Origin: Octopus sinensis
Taxonomy: Eukaryota
Length of the DNA: 64,000 bases
Assembly (NCBI RefSeq): GCF_006345805.1
Contig: NC_043025.1
Location: 13,330,001-13,394,000 of the forward strand
Direction: 5' to 3'
In this document: positions 47,072 to 58,841 of the stretch, in pieces
Numbering within the stretch: the first letter of the stretch is position 1
Layout: every line of letters starts with the position of its first letter
Position numbers and translations under genes: made by a program
Notes under the pieces: generated by a model
Seen by the model: only the letters and a program-made list of their open reading frames with translations
Database searches by the model: none
What the model was told of the DNA's origin: nothing

Positions 47072-47848
47072 CTCTTACTCTTTTACTTGTTTCAGTCATT
47101 TGACTCTGGCCATGCTGGAGCACCACCTTTAATCGAGCAACTCGACACCGGGACTTACTCTTTTGTAAGCCCAGTACTTATTCTATCGGTCTCTTTTGCC
47201 GAACCGCTAAATAACGGGGACGTAAACACACCAGCATCGGTTGTCAAGCAATGCTAGGGGGACAAACACACACACACAAGCATATATATATATATATATA
47301 TACTAGCAGTATCGCCCGGCGTTGCTCAGGTTTGTAAGGGAAATAACTATAAAGCATTTTTAGAGAGTTATAGCCAAAAAATAGCCAAAAAATGGAAAAA
47401 AAATGATGGTAAATTTTTTTTTGAGAGTTAAAAAAGGTCGAGTTGCGTCCCCTAGACGGTCTGTGGTTTGGGTTTCTGATTCTCGACCCCATGTCGAATT
47501 TATCGATTTTTTTCAGAACTGGGGGAACTTTACAAAATTTTCGCTGCGTTAGTTTTGAATTATGACATTGGGCTATGTGTGTGTCAAGTTTCATCAGAAT
47601 CGGTTAAAAGCCGTGGTCAGGGTGAGGGTACGAGAAAACAGACACACAGAAACACGCACAGACAAACTGCCGTTTATATAGAGAGAGATATACGACAGGC
47701 TTCTTTTCAGTTTCCGTCTACGAAATCCACTCACAAGACTTTGGTCGGCCCGAGGCTATAGTAGGAGACACTTGCCCAAGGTGCCATGCAGTGGGACTGA
47801 ACCCGTAACCATTTGGTTGGTAAGCAAGCTACTTACCACACAGCCACT

Positions 47849-47851
<3 letters not shown>
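47072..47851 (-). mobile_element. SINE family A with a Helitron in its (TA)n linker
   Basis: 3' half 47072-47300, 5' half 47689-47851. Confidence 0.88.
47303..47688 (-). mobile_element. Non-autonomous Helitron, third internal body type
   Basis: Shares terminal ~70 nt with 20046-20431. Confidence 0.75.
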
Positions 47852-47885
<34 letters not shown>

Positions 47886-47928
47886 AAACAAGTCAAGATA
47901 GAAAATGCTAAAATGATTTTATAAAGAA

Positions 47929-47976
47929 CATTTCAGTACTGGTTTCGGTCATTTTGAGACCTTTTCAACTGTAACG
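47929..47976 (-). ncRNA. Type I hammerhead with U3:A8 core variant
   Basis: CGUUACAG-UUGAAAA-GGUC-UCAAAAU-GACC-GAAA-C-CA-G-UA|CUGAAAUG; stem I 7/8 paired. Confidence 0.78.
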
Positions 47977-48186
47977 ATTAAATAATTAAATTTAGAAAAA
48001 TTAAAAGAAAAGTTTTTTTAAAGGAATATTTGTACAGTGTTCAAATATAAGTGGCATTCTGCCTTTCTCTGTCTCCCTTGTTTGCACTTGTGTGTTCGAG
48101 GTCATTGTGAATTTTTGGTAGGGTAGAAGAAGAAGAAGAAGGTTGATGAGGAGAGGGGGTGGAAAAATTTGGGAGTGCCTTGATTG

Positions 48187-48217
<31 letters not shown>

Positions 48218-48218
48218 C

Positions 48219-48750
48219 TACTTGTGAAGACGTGTTGAGGCAAGTGAGGATCAGAATCGAAATCGATCAATGGAAATTGCGGATGTGCTACCAGTGCCGG
48301 TGGCATGTCGAAACTCTGCTTGTGAAGACCCGTTGAGGCAAGTGAGGATCAGAATCGAAATCGATCAATGGAAATCGATCAATGGAAATTGCAGATGTGT
48401 TACCAGTGCCGGTGGCAGGTAAGAGAACTTTCCGTTTCGCGACCGTTGCCAGCACCGCCCCGTTTCGTGTCCGTTGCCAGCCTCGCCTGGCCCTCGTGCC
48501 GGTGGCACATAAAAAGCACCATCCGTTCGTGGCCGTTTGCCAGCTCTGTCTGGCACCAGTGCGGGTGGCACGTAAAAAGCACCCACTACACTCACGGAGT
48601 GGTTGGCGTTAGGAAGGGCATCCAGCTGTAGAAACACTGCCAGATCTGACTGGGCCTGATGAAGCCTTCTGGCTTCACAGACCCCAGTAGAACCGTCCAA
48701 CCCATGCTAGCATGGAAAACGGACGCTAAACGATGATGATGATGATGATG

Positions 48751-48752
<2 letters not shown>
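48219..48752 (+). mobile_element. RTE 3' UTR fragment with a duplicated ~100-nt 5' segment
   Basis: CTTGTGAAGAC...GGTGGCATGT occurs twice; (GAT)n tail. Confidence 0.82.
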
Positions 48753-48790
<38 letters not shown>

Positions 48791-49224
48791 GATGGAGGGC
48801 TGGCTGGGTAGATAGACAGATATATACACACATGTACATATACAAATACATGCATCTTACAACGTGCAAACAACAGTCATGGCGCTTTACTAAACACACC
48901 ATATGTGCGTGTGTGTGTGTCACTATGCTAAACCGCTTTTGGCTCCCTTCTCCCCCCCCCCCTCCCACCAACACCACCAGACTCCAGCCTGTGTCAGCCT
49001 GCTCCAGACTGGTCCTCCCTGCACCAGTCCACAGTAACCATTCACAAACCTTACTTAGACAATGTGTATCCGTTTAGAAACCCGACCCCACACATGCATG
49101 TGCATAGGAAATACTTTATGAATATCGTTAAAAGTTTCCAACTCCACTTCATCCCAGACCACTTAAGTATCAAGGAGACTCAGCACCTCCTTTAGTTACT
49201 CCGATAAAAAGTTTGCTTGAGTAA

Positions 49225-49284
49225 ACTCTGTCTATCTATCTATCTATCTTTCTATCTATCTATCTATCTATCTATCTCTCTATC

Positions 49285-49315
<31 letters not shown>

Positions 49316-49327
49316 CTATCTCAATCA

Positions 49328-49422
<95 letters not shown>

Positions 49423-49423
49423 A

Positions 49424-49514
<91 letters not shown>

Positions 49515-49515
49515 A

Positions 49516-49558
<43 letters not shown>

Positions 49559-49559
49559 A

Positions 49560-49654
<95 letters not shown>

Positions 49655-49886
49655 CTATCTATCTATCTATCTATTTCAAAATGTGGCCGCGTGTGTACTG
49701 TTGGCGATTTTTTCCCCCTGTCTTCCCTTCCTTGGATCTTTCCTTTTCCTATGTTTCTGACGAAGAGCTCCGCTCAAAACATTAAATCCCCCTTCGTTCT
49801 TTCCTTTCCTGAGCGTCCAATAATACTATACTTGTTCCATGTCCTCACGTTGTTGTGTTTTCTCTGTGTTTTCATGTTTGGATTAA

Positions 49887-49929
<43 letters not shown>

Positions 49930-49938
49930 CCTACCTAC

Positions 49939-49985
<47 letters not shown>

Positions 49986-49990
49986 CCTAC

Positions 49991-50034
<44 letters not shown>

Positions 50035-50040
50035 ATATAT
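49225..50040. repeat. (CTAT)n array interrupted by a ~210-bp hammerhead-bearing cassette (~49676-49886)
   Basis: Direct reading. Confidence 0.92.
49754..49786 (+). ncRNA. Inactivated minimal hammerhead
   Basis: UUU-CUGACGA-A-GAGC-UCC-GCUC-AAAA-CAUU|AAA; G12 and G16.2 appear changed to A (CpG-type decay). Confidence 0.55.
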
Positions 50041-50271
50041 ATATATCCATATATATTGATATATATATATATATATATATATCATCATCATCATTTAACG
50101 TCCGCTTTCCATGCTAGCATGGGTTGATATATAGATAGATAGATAGCTATCTATCTATATATATATATCCATATATATTGATATATATATATAGATAGCT
50201 ATCTATCTATCCATGTTGATTCGCTAGCTTCTGCACGCATTTTTTTCCTCTCCTTGTTTCTTTTCTGTGTA

Positions 50272-50309
50272 TCTTTCTGTCGAAGAGCGTAGGCTCGAAA
50301 CGTTAAAGA
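50272..50309 (+). ncRNA. Minimal dimer-type hammerhead, A6U variant
   Basis: UCUUU-CUGUCGA-A-GAGC-GUAG-GCUC-GAAA-CG-UU|AAAGA; all helices intact, palindrome AACGUU. Confidence 0.68.
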
Positions 50310-50589
50310 CTTGTTTTATTTCTATTCCTGACCGCCATACTAATACAATTGTTTGTTTGTACTCCACCTGCCTTCGTCTTTTGTTTATTTTCGTAAAGCT
50401 TCCCGTTATATATATATATATATTGATATATATAATGATGATGATATATATATATATAGATAGCTGATGAATGCTCTAGATTTTAAAACTGATGTAATAC
50501 TTGCATTGTTTAATGGTTTTCATTTTCAACCTCATATATAGTACGCTCAAAGGATTTTGACCTTTAAATTTTTGGGGAAAAACGCGGAT

Positions 50590-50610
50590 TATACTCAAGG
50601 ATTTACGGTA
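50590..50610. mobile_element. Tigger/pogo-like TIR (right end); a matching left end lies at 62009-62029
   Basis: TATACTCAAGGATTTACGG|TA and TA|CCGTAAATCCTCGAGTATA. Confidence 0.45.
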
Positions 50611-50927
50611 CCACTTTTTGTTAAATCAGCGAATAAATGGTAGCAATGACCTTCTCAGGCTTTCCAATAATTTTAATTATAATCAGAGATAATCGGGGGG
50701 GGGGGAGTGGGGTTGAAAGAAAATCATAAATTTTCAAAATATTTTTTATAGCATGTGTTTATAGAGAGAAAAATATTGAAAAACAATAATACATGCCAGA
50801 GTGAGTAGGAAACGAGGAGGGTTGTCTTGGATTGAGCTAGAAACAACAGCCAAATCTCCCTTAAATCACACACTTTTTCCCTCTGAAAATATTTTCAATT
50901 TTTTTTTTTTTTTTTTTTTTTACCACA

Positions 50928-51303
50928 GGCGCAGGAGTGGCTGTGTGGTAAGTAGCTTGCTAACCAACCACATGGTTCCGGGTTCAGTCCCACTCCGTGG
51001 CACCTTGGGCAAGTGTCTTCTGCTATAGCCCCAGGCTGACCAATGCCTTGTGAGTGGATTTGGTAGACGGAAAATGAAAGAAGCCTGTCGTATATATATG
51101 TATATATATATATGTATGTGTGTCTGTGTTTGTCCCCCTTAGGTCCCCGTCACTTAGCGGTTCAGCAAAAGAGACCCGATAGAATAAGTACTGGGCTTAC
51201 AAAAAGAATAAGTCCCGGGGTCGAGTTGCTCGACTAAAGGCGGTGCTCCAGCATGGCCGCAGTCAAATGACTGAAACAAGTAAAAGAGTAAAAGAGTAAA
51301 GAG
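50928..51303 (+). mobile_element. SINE family A
   Basis: Head to tail match. Confidence 0.88.
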
Positions 51304-51914
51304 AGAGAGGATCCTCCTGTGGTTTTCAAATGCCAAAAAAATTGGCCAAAATTTGTTCGGAGTGAGATGGGGAGGAAGGAGTTAAAAAATTTGGCCAAAA
51401 TCTGTCCAGCGTGAAATAGTGAGGAGGGAGTAAAAAAAATTTCCAAAATTTTTTCCTAAAAAGATAACCCCCCCCCCACCCATCATTCCGAAGGCTGTGG
51501 TGAAGAAAACATTGGAAAAGTTCCCTTCAAAATGGAGAAATTCCAAGACTAATGCAGATTTACATCTCACCTTGAAAAATGCCTTAGCCCCGAAATTCCA
51601 ACTTCTGTGGTCTTGACCCCAAAATTCCATTTTGAGAAACTCCTCTCCCCCACCTCCTCGGACAAAATTTTCCTTACAACTTTCTTTATAATTGTAATCT
51701 ATGCTTTTTGAAAGGTATTTGTACAAACTTTCATTAAAAGATAATCATTTTCCTGAAAGTTATGAGGAAAAAATTAGGATTGTGTGGATATATAACTATA
51801 TACATATATATATATATATATGTGCTTTATCTAAAGCAGCAGAAAATTCAACAAAACCTGTTACTCTGACATATCTGTTCTATTCTATTCTATTCGGTTC
51901 TATTCTAGCAAAAA

Positions 51915-51952
51915 CTGTCCGACGAACGGAAACGTGAAACTCAGAGTAACAG
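51915..51952 (+). ncRNA. 38-nt minimal hammerhead, U4C variant
   Basis: CUGU-CCGACGA-ACG-GAAA-CGU-GAAA-CUC-A-GAG-UA|ACAG. Confidence 0.75.
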
Positions 51953-52056
51953 GTTTTGTTGAATTTTCTGCTGCTTTAAATAAAGCATATTACTCTACCA
52001 CTGGTATTTGAGTACTCTTTTTTCCACCTTGTTTCACATTTATGTGTTTACTCCGG

Positions 52057-52113
<57 letters not shown>

Positions 52114-52281
52114 ATATATATACATACACATGCATACATACATGCGTCTAGATATGTCAGTATGTATATATATATATACTGGAGTAAACACATAATGTGA
52201 AATAAGGTGGAAAAAAGAGTACTCAAATACCAGTGGTAGAGTAATATGCTTTATTTAAAGCAGCAGAAAATTCAACAAAAC

Positions 52282-52319
52282 CTGTTACTCTGAGTTTCAC
52301 GTTCCCGTTCATCGGACAG
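52282..52319 (-). ncRNA. 38-nt minimal hammerhead, U4C variant
   Basis: CUGU-CCGAUGA-ACG-GGAA-CGU-GAAA-CUC-A-GAG-UA|ACAG. Confidence 0.75.
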
Positions 52320-52559
52320 TTTTTGGGGAAACTCAGAGTAACAGGTTTTGTTGAATTTTCTGCTGCTTTAAATAAAGCATATTACTCTACCACTGGTATT
52401 TGAGTACTCTTTTTTCCACCTTATTTCACATTTATTTGTTTACTCCTTTTTTATGAAAGTCTTGAATATTCTCTTTAGACTTGGCAAGATTAACTTCCAC
52501 CTCACAACCTTTCCTTATCTTAAGACAGTAATCTTCTTGCCATATTTAAATACTGTGCA

Positions 52560-53261
52560 CAACATAGTGAAGCACGACCTTCGAACTTTAGGTCTCACTG
52601 AAGAAATGACTAGAGACCGAGACCTCTGGAAGTGTGCTGTGCGTGAGAAGACCCGGCAGGACAAGTGAGTCCATAACCCGTGGCCTTCTACATGGGATGG
52701 AGCCAGCCTACGTATGCATACCTTCCCTTCTTGGGACACAAAACTCTACTTGTGAAGACCTGTTGAGGCAAGTGAGGATCAGAATCGAAATCGATCAATG
52801 GAAATTGCAGATGTGTTACCAGCGCCGGTGGCATGTAAGAGAACCTTCCGTTTCGCGACCGTTACCAGCACTGCCCCGACTAGCCTTGTGCCGGTGGCAC
52901 GTAAAAAGCACCATCCGTTTGTGTCCGTTGCCAGCCTCGCCTGGCCCCCGTGCCGGTGGCACATAAAAAGCACCATCCGTTCGTGTCCGTTGCCAGCCTC
53001 GCCTGGCCCTCGTGCCGGTGGCACATAAAAAGCACCATCCGTTCGTGGCCGTTTGCCAGCTCTGTCTGGCACCTGTGCGGGTGACACGTAAAAAGCACCC
53101 ACTACACTCACGGAGTGGTTGGCGTTAGGAAGGGCATCCAGCCGTAGAAACACTTTCAGATTTGACTGGGCCTGATGAAGCCTTCTGGCTTCACAGACCC
53201 CAGTAGAACCGTCCAACCCATGCTAGCATGGAAAACGGACGCTAAACGATGATGATGATGA
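52560..53261 (+). mobile_element. RTE LINE 3' end: ORF terminus plus ~590-nt 3' UTR
   Basis: VKHDLRTLGLTEEMTRDRDLWKCAVREKTRQDK* is a typical RTE C-terminus; (GAT)n tail; extra tail copy at 53397-53513. Confidence 0.88.
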
Positions 53262-53319
53262 TATATATATATATACACACACACATACGTACATAAACAT
53301 GTATATACACACAAACGTG

Positions 53320-53355
<36 letters not shown>

Positions 53356-54004
53356 TACGTACATAAACATTTATATACACACAAACGTGTATATATATTG
53401 CCAGATCAGACTGGAGCCTGGTGCAGCCTTCTGGCTTCCCAGATCCCCGGTCGAACCGTCCAACCCATGCCAGCATGGAGAACGGACGCTAAACGATGAT
53501 GATGATGATGATGAACATAGAATTCTCATCTTCCTTCTCGATCGATAATATCCTCTTGATCTGATTATAATTAATTAACCTTTTCCATGCCTAGTTAACT
53601 CTCTATTTTTCATTTCTTGTTAATTTAATCTGTGTTATTTAATGAATCGTTACCATTACATAAAAGTTTGCAGCTGTAATTTCAACTACAGCTACAAATG
53701 TTTAGAGATTTATAAACGCATGTACGTGATGGGCTTTCGTCAGTTTCCGTCTACCATAGCTCAAAGTGCCACAAAGTGGGACTGAAGCTGGAACCAAGTG
53801 GTTAGGAAGCAAGCTTCTTAGCGTCATAGGGTGATGAAATTTCATGGAAATTGACGAATAATATCCTAAATATTCCACTTCCATTTTGTGATGATAAGTT
53901 GAAACAATATCACACATAAAAGCGCCCACGCACACGCGCACATACTCTCTCTCTCAAACACACACACACATATACATATATGTATGGGTGTGTGTGTATG
54001 TATG

Positions 54005-54082
<78 letters not shown>

Positions 54083-54328
54083 GTGACGTATATAGGAGGT
54101 GTCTTCCTGGGGCTACAAACTACAGTAGCATCCACCCTTAGGGGTTAGCCATATTCAAATGGCAAATATACGACACGATGTGTTGCCGCTACTGTTTAAA
54201 AACTCGCTCTGAGATTTATCATATATATATATATATATATAATATATATATATATATATTGATAAAACGGTAAGATAACAAAAGAAAGAAAGAGACCTCA
54301 ATATTATGTAAATAGAGGAAATTTATCT

Positions 54329-54401
54329 ATACAATATGTTACATTACTCGGTAGTCAAGATAAAACTCTGAGTTTCAGATGCCGAAGGAGTAATGTAACA
54401 T

Positions 54402-54408
<7 letters not shown>
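54329..54408. repeat. 21-bp hairpin enclosing a hammerhead 3'-half fragment (54365-54383, -)
   Basis: GGCAUCU-GAAA-CUCAGAGU; upstream flank matches ~30615-30660, so same family as 30765. Confidence 0.65.
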
Positions 54409-54462
<54 letters not shown>

Positions 54463-54481
54463 GTGTGTGTGTGTGTGTGAG

Positions 54482-54805
54482 TGGAGGCGCAATGGCCCAG
54501 TGGTTAGGGCAGCGGACTCACGATTGTAGGATCGCAGTTTCGATTCCCAGACCGGGCGCTGTGAGTGTTTATTGAGCGAAAACACCTAAAAGCTCCACAA
54601 GGCTCCGGCAGGGGGTGGTGGCGACCCCTGTTGTACTCTTTCGCCACAACTTTCTCTCACTCTTTCTTCCTGTTTCTTGAGTAATGCTGCGATAGACTGG
54701 CATCCCGTCCTGCTGAGGGGAACGCATACGCCACAGAAACCGGGAAACCGGGCCTACGAGCCTGGCTAGGCTTCAAAAGGGCACATAAATAAAAAAAAAA
54801 AAAAA
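54482..54805 (+). mobile_element. SINE with family D head and a tail shared with the 17430 element
   Basis: Tail ...CGCCACAGAAA...GAGCCTGGCTAGGCTT.AAAAGGGCA + poly(A). Confidence 0.8.
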
Positions 54806-54830
54806 TAATATATATATATACAAGTCTAGT

Positions 54831-55072
54831 GAAGGCGCATGGCTCAGTGGTTAGAGCGTCAAACTTACAACCATGAAATTGTGAGTTCGAATCTCGGATT
54901 GAGCTGCGTGTTGTGTTCTTAAGCAAGGCAATTTATTTCACGTTATGCCAGTTCACTCAGCTGTAGAAATGAGTTGTGACGTCACAGGTGCCAAGCTGTA
55001 TCGGCCCCTTTACCTTTCCCTTGGATAACATCGGTGGTGTGGAGAGAGGAGGCTGGTAAGCATGGTCGACTG
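54831..55072 (+). mobile_element. SINE family C
   Basis: Homologous to 4696-4877. Confidence 0.8.
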
Positions 55073-55838
55073 AATATTGCAGTTTTCTGAGATTTGGCTG
55101 TTATTTCTAGCATGTGGATAGCCAGCTTGAAGGCCAAGGCCGTAGAATTGGGAGGGAAGGGAACTGGGGTATATATATATATTTTTTGTTGAAAAATTGA
55201 AATTTTAAAAACAAATTTTGGAAAGACTTCCACCCCCACCCCCATTTTCACCTAAATTTGTTTATTAAAAAAAATTTTTTTACCAAAAATCCCCGTTTTC
55301 GGATACGGAGGTTCTGGAAAATTGTCAAAATTCGGCATTGTGAAAATGTATCCCCCCGCCTTTCTCGCACCCCACCCCCGCAACTTCTTCAATTTTGACT
55401 TCTTTCCACAACATTAACTCTAAAAAATCCTAACCCTAAAACGATTTTCAAAATCGTAATCTTCGTATTTTCTAGGAAAAGTGAAAAATGAATGGGGGTG
55501 GAGTGGGGTGGGGTGGGGGACGTTAAATGGTGATGATGATCATCATCATTATCATAATCCATCAACCAAACTCCCCTGGCGGAATCCTGGTTCAAGCACC
55601 CCATACAGCCCCTCATAACTTTCTTTTAATTTTTCGAATTTTCGGAAAATGTTTGCAAATTTTTGTTCTACACACAACACAAATATTTATGAATAAACAA
55701 TTTAGTTTTTTTAAAAATTTTTTAACCCCCACCCCCCACCCACCGTACATACTAAACGTTTACATACTAAAATTTGCTAGAAATAGCAGCACTAAAAGAA
55801 TTTCCCTCCTACCGTCTTAAAAATCTTCGGACACATTA

Positions 55839-56250
55839 GGCGCAGGAGTGGCTGTGTTGTAAGTAGCTTGCTAACCAACCACATGGTCCCGGGTTCAGTC
55901 CCACTGCGTGGCATCTTGGGCAAGTGTCTTCTGCTATAGCCCCGGGCCGACCAATGCCTTGTGAGTGGATTTGGTAGACGGAAACTGAAAGAAGCCTGTC
56001 GTATATATGTATATATATATATGTGTGTGTGTTTGTGTGTCTGTGATTGTCTCCCTAGCATTGCTTGACAACCGATGCTGGTGTGTTTACGTCCCCGTTA
56101 CTTAGCGGTTCGGCAAAAGAGACCGATAGAATAAGTACTGGGCTTACAAAGAATAAGTCCCGGGGTCGATTTGCTCGACTAAAGGCGGTGCTCCAGCATG
56201 GCCGCAGTCAAATGACTGAAACAAGTAAAAGAGTAAAGAGTAAAAGAGTA
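55839..56250 (+). mobile_element. SINE family A with 7-bp TSD ATTAGGC
   Basis: ATTAGGC at 55835-41 and 56251-57. Confidence 0.9.
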
Positions 56251-56916
56251 ATTAGGCAATGGATAATGTAACACTAGAAAAAAATATTAATAATAAATAA
56301 GTAAACGGGATGGTCACGGTTGGCTGGATAGCTTTGACAACAGGTTCTACAAGATCTAAACAACAGGTGATGTTTCCGAATCTGGCAGAAGTCAAATTAA
56401 CGTTTTCTCTTATATAACGGGTCAACTCTACAAGAATCTGTGAAAGCTAACATAGCAGCCAGAACACACGATTCCTGGAAGAAGCAGAACCAAAAAGAAA
56501 AACAAGAAAAGAAACCTTGGGCTGTTTAACACGTTATTTTACTTCATGTTCTGAGTTCGAATCCTGTCGACGTCAACATTACTTTTTTATCTTTCCCAGG
56601 ATGCTGGGCAGAAGGGAAGATACAAGGTTCAAAGATGGATTTAGTTTTTTTAATATTTTTTAACCCCCACCCATATATGTATGTGTATGTATACGTTTGT
56701 GTGTCTGTGTTTGTCCCCTCTAGCATTGCTTGACAACCGATACTGGTGTGTTTACGTCCCCGTCACTAAACGTTTACATACTAAAAGTTTTGGGAATATT
56801 TTTTAGAAATCAGAATTCAAAATACGGACGGTCCGAATTTTCTGCTCAAATCCCAGCCATGGCCCACTCGTCGATTACGTGTTTATGGGGAGAAAAATAT
56901 TGAAAAACATCAATAC

Positions 56917-58841
56917 ATGTCAATGATAAAGAAACGAGGAATGTACCAGATGGTCGTGAGATGTGCTAAAAACAACAGCTAAATCGCCCTTTAATTACAC
57001 ACAATTTTATATATATATAATTGTATGAATTCCTGTGGGTAGAAATTCGCAAAAATCTTCAGAAAATTCCCCAAAATATAAAAGTTAGGAGTGGCTGTGT
57101 GGTAAGTAGCTTGCTAACCAGCCACATGGTTCTGGGTTCAGTCCCACTGCGTGGCATCTTGGGCAAGTGTCTTCTGCTATAGCCACGGGCCGACCAATGC
57201 CTTGTGAGTGGATTTGGTAGACGGAAACTGAAAGAAGCCTGTCGTATATATGTATATATATATATGTATGTATGTGTATGTATATGTTTGTGTGTCTGTG
57301 TTTGTCCCCCTAGCATTGCTTGACAACCGATGCTGGTGTGTTTACGTCCCCGTCACCTAGCGGTTCGGCAAAAGAGACCGATAGAATAAGTACTGGGCTT
57401 ACAAAGAATAAGTTCCGGGGTCGATTTGCTCGACTGAAGGCGGTGCTCCAGCATGGCCACAGTCAAATGACTGAAACAAGTAAAAGAGTAAAAGAGTATA
57501 TGTCAATGATAAAGGAACGAGAAATGTACCAGATGGTCATGAGATGTGCTAAAAACAACAGCTAAACCGCCCTTTAATTACACACAATTTTATATATATA
57601 TAATTGTATGAATTCCTGTGGGTAGAAATTCGCAAAAATCTTCAGAAAATTCCCCAAAATATAAAAGTTAGGAGTGGCTGTGTGGTAAGTAGCTTGCTAA
57701 CCAGCCACATGGTTCTGGGTTCAGTCCCACTGCGTGGCATCTTGGGCAAGTGTCTTCTGCTATAGCCACGGGCCGACCAATGCCTTGTGAGTGGATTTGG
57801 TAGACGGAAACTGAAAGAAGCCTGTCGTATATATGTATATATATATATGTATGTATGTGTATGTATATGTTTGTGTGTCTGTGTTTGTCCCCCTAGCATT
57901 GCTTGACAACCGATGCTGGTGTGTTTACGTCCCCGTCACCTAGCGGTTCGGCAAAAGAGACCGATAGAATAAGTACTGGGCTTACAAAGAATAAGTTCCG
58001 GGGTCGATTTGCTCGACTGAAGGCGGTGCTCCAGCATGGCCACAGTCAAATGACTGAAACAAGTAAAAGAGTAAAAGAGTATATGTCAATGATAAAGGAA
58101 CGAGAAATGTACCAGATGGTCATGAGATGTGCTAAAAACAACAGCTAAACCGCCCTTTAATTACACACAATTTTATATATATATAATTGTATGAATTCCT
58201 GTGGGTAGAAATTCGCAAAAATCTTCAGAAAATTCCCCAAAATATAAAAGTTAGGAGTGGCTGTGTGGTAAGTAGCTTGCTAACCAGCCACATGGTTCTG
58301 GGTTCAGTCCCACTGCGTGGCATCTTGGGCAAGTGTCTTCTGCTATAGCCACGGGCCGACCAATGCCTTGTGAGTGGATTTGGTAGACGGAAACTGAAAG
58401 AAGCCTGTCGTATATATGTATATATATATATGTATGTATGTGTATGTATATGTTTGTGTGTCTGTGTTTGTCCCCCTAGCATTGCTTGACAACCGATGCT
58501 GGTGTGTTTACGTCCCCGTCACCTAGCGGTTCGGCAAAAGAGAGACCGATAGAATAAGTACTGGGCTTACAAAGAATAAGTTCCGGGGTCGATTTGCTCG
58601 ACTGAAGGCGGTGCTCCAGCATGGCCACAGTCAAATGACTGAAACAAGTAAAAGAGTAAAAGAGTATATGTCAATGATAAAGGAACGAGAAATGTACCAG
58701 ATGGTCATGAGATGTGCTAAAAACAACAGCTAAACCGCCCTTTAATTACACACAATTTTATATATATATAATTGTATGAATTCCTGTGGGTAGAAATTCG
58801 CAAAAATCTTCAGAAAATTCCCCAAAATATAAAAGTTAGGA
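56917..58841 (+). repeat. 583-bp tandem array, 3.3 units, each containing a family A SINE (57087, 57670, 58253)
   Basis: Identical ORF calls at 57059, 57642 and 58225. Confidence 0.93.

Larger units (their letters stand above)
51823..52446. repeat. Four alternating (-,+,-,+) copies of a ~150-bp hammerhead cassette around a (TA)n tract
   Basis: 51823-51869 (-, partial), 51911-52058 (+), 52178-52325 (-), 52328-52446 (+, 5'-truncated). Confidence 0.9.

Noticed and set aside
48655-48680. CTGATGAAGCC-TTCT-GGCTT in RTE 3' UTR (also ~53174)
   Set aside because: No GAAA follows, and other copies read CTGGTGCAGCC, so the core is not conserved.
50464-50490. CTGATGAATGC...AAAAC
   Set aside because: No stem II; the homologous segment at ~34270 lacks the motif.
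51300-51700. Homopolymer-rich unique-looking sequence (also ~16100-16600 and ~55140-55780)
   Set aside because: Runs of A/T/C/G with no coherent ORF look like low-quality long-read consensus; no feature can be supported.
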